Source of the DNA: an uncultured Bacteroidales bacterium
Lineage (GTDB): Bacteria > Bacteroidota > Bacteroidia > Bacteroidales > JAADJA01
Direction of reading: 5' to 3'
NCBI GenBank assembly: GCA_963840975.1
Contig: CAWJBC010000021.1
Coordinates: forward strand, 259,837-323,836
DNA: 64,000 bases
Part shown: positions 58,400 to 64,000 of the stretch, piece after piece
Layout of the letters: each line of letters begins with the position of its first letter
Position numbering within the stretch: position 1 is the stretch's first letter
The notes under the pieces: generated by a model
Told to the model about the DNA's origin: nothing
What the model saw: the letters and a program-made list of their open reading frames with translations, nothing else
The model's database searches: none
Translations under genes and position numbers: made by a program

Positions 58400-61300
58400 T
58401 TATAACTTTTTTTTTCTGGCCTTGTACCTTATCAAGAAGATTAATAAAATAATCAAGGTCAAAACTATCCCACTGGTGTATGCTATTGCACTTATCCCGG
58501 GTTTATTTGCGACAGGAGCCGTTTTTCCTATTTGCACATAGGCAGCCCAGAAATAAGGGTGGGATTGAAGAGGATCTGAGTGCTCAAGATAAGTAAGTTT
58601 TGCATTTTGTAATGCCTTATCCGTGCCAATGCCTGTTTTCATTTGCTGATAAAACTCTGTCATTATTTCAGCGCCTGCTACATCTTCAACTTCCCACATT
58701 GTCATAACAACGGATGGAATACCAGCGAATAAAAACCCTCTTGCCAAACTCATTATTCCTTCTCCTTTATTCAATTTTCCGGTTCCGGTTTTACAGGCAC
58801 TTAAAACTGCCAGCCTGGCGTTTAATTTTAAATTATATATTTCATAGGCATTTAAAAATCCATCTTCAACTGTATCATTGGTATGGGTAAAAATTAATTT
58901 TGAAGCCATCGGATCATCTTCATCAATCAATGTATGCATGGCAAAATGAAGGATTCCATATTTCTGAGCATTCTTTTTAAAGTTGAGTTCGGTGGCAACT
59001 TCACCAAGAAGTACTTCGCCCTTCATGATTGAAATGATATTGTTGACCTCCTCTTTCGAATGATCCAAAGGCTTCAAATTGCTGAAAATATCATCTGATC
59101 GGTTGAGGGAGGCTTGTGTTTGGTTGAATATTTTTGAATAATCAGGAGCCATTGCCAGTATTTTTCGAGCATATTTGTTCCTGTCAGAATAATTAAATAA
59201 AAGCGTACTCGAAAAAGAATAGGATACGGTATATGACTTTAGAACATATTCGAGTTTGCTAAAGTCAATTCTCTCAGGAACTTTAAAATCTTTAATTAAT
59301 GCTTCAAAGGGAAGATAACCAAGAACATTATCAGGAATAATAATGACCCTTGAATATTTTGTTGAATGTTCTTCTGGTAAGAACAATGTTCTGTATAAAA
59401 AATTGCCCAAATAAATGAACTCAATAAAGTCTTCCTTATCAAATGATTCAATAGGAAACTGGTTGATGGAAGAAACAAAATTTTGAACTTTATCTTTAAA
59501 GTCAGCTTCCAAAATATACTTATGAAGACGAATGCTGTCAGAGGTAATGAAGAAGGTGAGCAAAAGTGAATCAATAATTTTGTATTCTAATAATAGTTCT
59601 CCATTCTTAAGTTTGGATTGGATGTCAGAAATTTTAACTACTTTAAAGTTATACTTTAAGTCATAATATTGAGGATAATCTTTCTCGATAGAACCAATCA
59701 GGCTATCGTAACTCATCGTTTTTTTGAAAATACTTTTCTTCCATTTATCAATTTTATTAGTATCAACAGAAATTTTTTGACTTTCATCGTAAATGAAATT
59801 TTTATAAAGAGCAATATCTCTGCTCAATTCTGTCTCTTTTTGCCTGAGAACCAATGGGATATCTGTAAACTCTATGGCTTCAGATTCCCTGATGGAAGAG
59901 AGAAGTATAGCGGCTTTCCCTTTCTCTGAATATTCAAAGGCGATATTTAAATACTTAGGATCATTGCTTTTACCGTATAAATCGGTTGCAATGAGAACAA
60001 CTAAATTGTAAATATTATATACATATTCATTCGTCTGTAGCTTCGTGCCTTCATCCTTGTAAGAAGCTAAAATCAGCTCAAAAAGCCCGATTGCAAGCTT
60101 ACTGGTTTCAAGGCTCATTTCCAGGTCATGGATACTCCTCGACTTATCAAGATAAATATCATATAATATATATGCCTTCCTGTATAAGATGACGAATTTA
60201 TTGAATTCCGGGTCCAAATCTTTTAACCTTGGATTAACATAAACATTCTCATTGTTAAAATTTTCAGTAGTGGAGATGAGAGCTTTTTGATAGTAAAGCA
60301 GGGCCTTATCAGGGTATCCCATATTATTGTACAAATCACCCAAATAAATTAACGTAATAGAAACGTCTGTATATTTATTTCCGTAATTCTCAACCCATAT
60401 ATTATAAGCTTTAATTAATAACTCTTCAGCCTTTTTATAGTTCTTTTTTGAAATACAAAATTCTCCATAAGCCAGGTAGCTACCTGCAGTTATTGGATGA
60501 TTAATTCCGTAAATAGACTCTGCTTTTGATATTGACAACAAATAATTTTTTTCAGCATCTTTATAGTTACTAAAATTAAAATAACATCTTGCCAGACTTC
60601 TTAATGATTTGATAACAGATTCTGAATTGAAATTATCATTAAGGCTTTCAGTATAGTATTGAATTGCTTTGTTAAAATCACCTTTGGCTTCATAAATTAC
60701 ACCTAGGTTCAGAACTAAATCGGCAATAATGGGATTGTTCCGTGTTGTACTCTTTAAATACAGAGAAAGTGCCCTCTCATGATAATCCAATGCCTTCGTC
60801 AAATCCCTAAGCAAAATATAAAGTGTTCCTTTATTATAATATATTGGTGCTAAACCAAAATAATCCAATCCAAAGTTTGTATTGTAGATTTCTTCAGCTT
60901 TTGAATAATAATCCAAGGCTTGATTTGGATTTCCCATTACATTTAAAAACCTGCCATAATTTATATAGCCAATGGCTAATTGAGGATCAGTTGAACTCAG
61001 AGTCTTTTCCTTTAAAATTATTGATCTGTTCAGGTAAACAAGAGCACTATCGTAATTTCCTGTGGAGGATAGTACTATGCCAATATTTTGGAATAGTGCA
61101 GCCATCATAATTTCTGATGGCTGCTCCCTTGATTCTTCAATTAACAAAGCCTCCCTGTAAAACGCCATTGCAATATCCAAATTCCCACTCGAAAATTGAA
61201 TATTACCTATGGCTCTTTTAACCAAAACCAGCAAACTATCATTTACTCCCTCTTCAAAATATTGTAAAGATGAATTTAATGATTGTATAGCGCTGTCAAA

Positions 61301-61690
61301 TTTAAGAGTTTTACTGTAAGTTGTGCCTCTGAGATAATAAAATGTTCCTAATAAATTATCATCGGTTACATGATATTTATTAATTAAACTATCCGACTGC
61401 TTAATATAGTTAAAAGTCGAATCAAATAATCCCATGATTTGATAGCATTGAACAATTTGAAAATTGATTTTTAACACATCATTCCAATGCTTATGATTAA
61501 TATAATATTCTGAGAGCGTTTTGTAGTAAATTAACGATGTTTCATAATTGGAAGCACTATAAAGTGAATCTGCTTTCGCTAATAGACTTTCTGAATCAAA
61601 ATTGGGAATAACTAAACTGCTACTTTGACAAAAAGCCGAGGAAAAATAGGTAACGAGTACAATTAAAATATGTATTTTAATGTATTTCAA
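58400..61690 (-). CDS. TPR-repeat CHAT-domain (caspase-like) protease with signal peptide and C-terminal TM anchor
   Basis: Leader MKYIKIHILIVLVTYFSSAFCQ and many TPR units. CHAT motifs GILHFAMHT and LAVLSACKTGTGKL. C-terminal anchor IVLTLIILLIFLI followed by RYKARKKK. Confidence 0.8.
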   Translation of the reverse strand: MKYIKIHILIVLVTYFSSAFCQSSSLVIPNFDSESLLAKADSLYSASNYETSLIYYKTLSEYYINHKHWNDVLKINFQIVQCYQIMGLFDSTFNYIKQSDSLINKYHVTDDNLLGTFYYLRGTTYSKTLKFDSAIQSLNSSLQYFEEGVNDSLLVLVKRAIGNIQFSSGNLDIAMAFYREALLIEESREQPSEIMMAALFQNIGIVLSSTGNYDSALVYLNRSIILKEKTLSSTDPQLAIGYINYGRFLNVMGNPNQALDYYSKAEEIYNTNFGLDYFGLAPIYYNKGTLYILLRDLTKALDYHERALSLYLKSTTRNNPIIADLVLNLGVIYEAKGDFNKAIQYYTESLNDNFNSESVIKSLRSLARCYFNFSNYKDAEKNYLLSISKAESIYGINHPITAGSYLAYGEFCISKKNYKKAEELLIKAYNIWVENYGNKYTDVSITLIYLGDLYNNMGYPDKALLYYQKALISTTENFNNENVYVNPRLKDLDPEFNKFVILYRKAYILYDIYLDKSRSIHDLEMSLETSKLAIGLFELILASYKDEGTKLQTNEYVYNIYNLVVLIATDLYGKSNDPKYLNIAFEYSEKGKAAILLSSIRESEAIEFTDIPLVLRQKETELSRDIALYKNFIYDESQKISVDTNKIDKWKKSIFKKTMSYDSLIGSIEKDYPQYYDLKYNFKVVKISDIQSKLKNGELLLEYKIIDSLLLTFFITSDSIRLHKYILEADFKDKVQNFVSSINQFPIESFDKEDFIEFIYLGNFLYRTLFLPEEHSTKYSRVIIIPDNVLGYLPFEALIKDFKVPERIDFSKLEYVLKSYTVSYSFSSTLLFNYSDRNKYARKILAMAPDYSKIFNQTQASLNRSDDIFSNLKPLDHSKEEVNNIISIMKGEVLLGEVATELNFKKNAQKYGILHFAMHTLIDEDDPMASKLIFTHTNDTVEDGFLNAYEIYNLKLNARLAVLSACKTGTGKLNKGEGIMSLARGFLFAGIPSVVMTMWEVEDVAGAEIMTEFYQQMKTGIGTDKALQNAKLTYLEHSDPLQSHPYFWAAYVQIGKTAPVANKPGISAIAYTSGIVLTLIILLIFLIRYKARKKKL

Positions 61691-61822
61691 TGTTTCAAAA
61701 TTCAGTATTGTTTTTATTCCAAAGAATAATTCAATTATACTTGTTTCTTTTCATTAGGTTTTGTTTTGCCATAAAAAGACCTTCATCTATTAAAACTAAC
61801 ATTGATAAAGAATGATCAATTC

Positions 61823-61858
61823 AAAAAAAAAAGAAAGTTTCGATCAGTCAAAACTTTC
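61823..61858 (-). terminator. Rho-independent terminator (minus strand)
   Basis: On the minus strand, gaaagttt(10 nt)aaactttc is followed by a T10 run. Confidence 0.6.
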
Positions 61859-61947
61859 CTCTTCCTATTGTACTTTTCATTTCCAGACTGAGAAAACCTC
61901 ATATTCTCAAAAAGAAAACGGCAGAACATCTAATCCATAAAATAAAC

Positions 61948-61983
61948 AAAGAATAATTTTGAAATGAATCAAAATTATTCTTT
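61948..61983 (-). terminator. AT-rich 13-bp perfect hairpin just downstream of the small ORF
   Basis: aaagaataatttt-gaaatgaatc-aaaattattcttt. Confidence 0.4.
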
Positions 61984-62001
61984 GAGTTTAATTTTAGAAC
62001 A

Positions 62002-62175
62002 TCATTCGGGAACAAAAGTACCATTAACCTCTGATTGAGATATGGCTCTGATGTCTTGTCCTCCTCCTGATCCTGTTGCTTGTCCTGAATTACTTGTATT
62101 GTCAGCGATGACATTTAAAGTAACTCCAAGGAAAAACATTGCCATCAAGATGGCAAAAACACTTCTCTTTTTCAT
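62002..62175 (-). CDS. 57-aa secreted small protein candidate (below the ORF-track length cutoff)
   Basis: ATG at 62175 and TGA at 62002-62004. Translation: MKKRSVFAILMAMFFLGVTLNVIADNTSNSGQATGSGGGQDIRAISQSEVNGTFVPE, a clear signal-peptide-like N-terminus. Confidence 0.35.
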   Translation of the reverse strand: MKKRSVFAILMAMFFLGVTLNVIADNTSNSGQATGSGGGQDIRAISQSEVNGTFVPE

Positions 62176-62317
62176 AAATTCTCAATTTTAAACTAATTGT
62201 TAAATTAGAATAACGGTTCAAAAATAATACTTTTTTCCAAATTGGGAATTTTTTTTTCATATTTTTTCATTTTGAACCAAAATCTTCAGCAATTTAGGTA
62301 TTGGATTCTTTAATTTA

Positions 62318-62330
62318 GGGTAACCTTTTT
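62318..62330 (+). promoter_or_regulatory. GGGTAACCTTT motif upstream of the kinase-like gene (shared with the sigma factor upstream region)
   Basis: gggtaaccttttt lies about 60 nt before the ATG at 62389. A direct repeat aatttagg occurs at 62291-98 and 62312-19. Confidence 0.3.
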
Positions 62331-62388
62331 ATACAGGACGGAATAAAGAGACGGATTCAATATAATTGGGTCTGTAAACTTTTTATTG

Positions 62389-63162
62389 ATGATAAAAAAA
62401 CTTTCTTATAAAGAATTAGAGGAAAAGATTTCAAACATCCAAACAGAGTTGGAAACAAAAGAGAAAGAAATCAATTCCATTTTGGCTTCCTTTCTTTCAA
62501 ATATTTCGCATGATATTAGAAATCCTATGAATGTAATCGTTGGGTTTTCAAATTTATTGAGTTCCCCGAATTTCAGCCAGCAGCAGAAAGATTTCTTTAC
62601 TGAGGAAATCAACAAAAGCAGCGATAAATTGCTGAGGTTAATTGACAACTATATTTTATCAGCCAAGATTGAAACGAATGAATTGAAAATCAACAAAGAA
62701 GAGTTAAATCCTTCTGAAATAATGAATGAAGTTCTTGATTATTTCCATAATAAAAAACAAGATTCATTGCATAATAACATATCTTACCAAGAACTCAAAA
62801 TAAATAAACTCAAGGATTTTAAGATACTTACAGATCGGGGTATTATCAAAAAGGCAATCATTAACCTTGTGGAGCATGCAAAGCCCGATATTAGGACTTC
62901 CATTTCTATTGGCTTTGATATAGAAAATGGAAATAGTATTGTCTTTTTTGTTGGCTTTGTTCCTTTAGTACAAACAGGAAGAGACATGAAGCCCGATGAT
63001 GAGAATAAATTCAAATTCTCAGAGTTTCATGAAGAAAGTGCCATTAGCAGTTTTGCAATTACAGATAAGTTGATTCGAAAATTGGGTAGTAAGTTGCAAA
63101 TTAAAACAAATTTTGGAAAAGAATCAACCTTCAGTTTCAGTTTACCTCTGCTATTGAAATAA
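62389..63162 (+). CDS. Soluble histidine-kinase-like protein with intact H-box but degenerate ATP-binding domain
   Basis: HisKA motif FLSNISHDIRNPMNVIVGFSNLL. The N-box is NLVEHAK (Asn replaced by His). No DxGxG or GxGLGL boxes. The C-terminus ESTFSFSLPL is still kinase-like. Confidence 0.6.
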   Translation: MIKKLSYKELEEKISNIQTELETKEKEINSILASFLSNISHDIRNPMNVIVGFSNLLSSPNFSQQQKDFFTEEINKSSDKLLRLIDNYILSAKIETNELKINKEELNPSEIMNEVLDYFHNKKQDSLHNNISYQELKINKLKDFKILTDRGIIKKAIINLVEHAKPDIRTSISIGFDIENGNSIVFFVGFVPLVQTGRDMKPDDENKFKFSEFHEESAISSFAITDKLIRKLGSKLQIKTNFGKESTFSFSLPLLLK

Positions 63163-63248
63163 AACTCTATCCCCTCTTTTTCAAGAATACAAAGATGTTA
63201 TTAATATCAAATTTAAATCAAATACAGATTTTTTGAAATCAGGGAGAA

Positions 63249-64000
63249 TTATTTTTTCAAATGATTGATCTGATCTTCTATGACCTTAATCTTATTTTCT
63301 GCATCCTCTTTTTTCATAAGCTCTTTGTTAACAACATCAGCAGGTGCTGTATTGACGAACCTTTGGTTCTCCAGCTTCTTATTTACAGAAACAAGGAACC
63401 CCTTAGTATAAGCTAACTCTTCTTCAAGTTTTTTAATTTCTGCTTGATGATCAATTGAACTGCCAACAGGTATGAAAAATTCTGTTGATTTAATTATAAA
63501 TGAAATTGTTCCAGGCTCTTTTTCTTCTACATATTTGATCGTGCTTAAATTGCAAAGCTTTGAAATAACACTGTCGAAAGTACGGTCAGGCGCTTGTTGA
63601 TTATTCTTTTTAATGTGCAATTCAAGTTTTTCCCTCATCGGGATATTTTTTGATTTGCGAAGGTTACGTATAGCAATGATTACCTGTTCTTCCACATCGA
63701 ACATATCAAGAAGGCTCTGATCAACATCCCCTGACTCAGGTATTGAGGACATCATAATACTTTCATTTTCATTCCTGACTTTCAAATGATGCCATATTTC
63801 TTCTGAGATAAAGGGCATAAAAGGATGAATAATCCTCATCAATTGATCGAAGAAAGAAGTTGTTCTATTAAAAGTAACCGGATCAATTGGTTTTTGGTAT
63901 GCCGGTTTGATCATTTCTAAGTACCATGAGCAGAAATCATCCCATACCAATTTATACGCAGCCATCAGGGCATCTGATATCCGGTATTTGGAATAATGAT
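63249..64000 (-). CDS. valS: Valine-tRNA ligase, C-terminal part (5' end outside window)
   Basis: Anticodon-binding region YKLVWDDFCSWYLEMIKP and a C-terminal coiled coil ending ...KIKVIEDQINHLKK. The frame stays open to the window edge. Confidence 0.85.
   Translation of the reverse strand, partial: HYSKYRISDALMAAYKLVWDDFCSWYLEMIKPAYQKPIDPVTFNRTTSFFDQLMRIIHPFMPFISEEIWHHLKVRNENESIMMSSIPESGDVDQSLLDMFDVEEQVIIAIRNLRKSKNIPMREKLELHIKKNNQQAPDRTFDSVISKLCNLSTIKYVEEKEPGTISFIIKSTEFFIPVGSSIDHQAEIKKLEEELAYTKGFLVSVNKKLENQRFVNTAPADVVNKELMKKEDAENKIKVIEDQINHLKK

Noticed and set aside
1-64000. tRNA, rRNA, tmRNA, RNase P, riboswitch, IS transposase, integrase/recombinase, reverse transcriptase (retron/DGR/group II intron), CRISPR-Cas and toxin-antitoxin pairs.
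   Set aside because: I scanned for their hallmark sequence strings and protein motifs and recognised none. Without cmscan or HMM tools this is absence of evidence only.

Overview
No database search or folding program was run. Protein family calls rest on motifs I recognise in the supplied translations. DNA observations were read and counted by hand.

The window looks like a chromosomal segment of an AT-rich Bacteroidota genome. Supporting features: many type IX secretion (T9SS) C-terminal sorting domains, TAnnTTTG-type promoter boxes, a fused CcsBA cytochrome c synthase, and a GT3 glycogen synthase.

About 45 genes are supportable.
- Envelope and secreted enzymes: amidase, S41 and M28 peptidases, esterase, BNR protein, two tandem C25/PorU-like peptidases, TonB-dependent receptor, porins.
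- Housekeeping genes: OYE-type flavin oxidoreductase, CcsBA, a GT3-GT35 glycogen synthase/phosphorylase fusion, the 3' end of valS.
- Regulators: a sigma factor, an anti-sigma-like TPR protein, a TPR-CHAT protease, a degenerate histidine kinase.

Four loci seem most worth follow-up.
1. 51.5-56.4 kb: an AmmeMemoRadiSam-type locus. The Memo-AMMECR1 fusion carries a signal peptide and the radical SAM enzyme carries a Tat-like leader. The radical SAM gene follows a 13-14 TM spermidine-synthase-like membrane protein.
2. 32.0-35.9 kb: a small AT-rich accessory island with an orphan PD-(D/E)XK nuclease, a Bro-N protein and an acidic protein interrupted by TGA. Its cassette-sized units are separated by attC-like imperfect palindromes that share architecture but not sequence. 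A dense hairpin-repeat cluster precedes it.
3. 44.1-50.1 kb: the tandem PorU-like duplication, with no porV next to it.
4. 57.0-61.7 kb: the sigma / anti-sigma / exported TPR-CHAT module.

Seven frame breaks are concentrated in 1-1600 and in the GH29 fucosidase at 19.5-21.0 kb; five of the seven sit in short homopolymer runs. Several families of short intergenic repeats are present.

I recognised no tRNA, rRNA, CRISPR array, transposase, integrase or reverse transcriptase.
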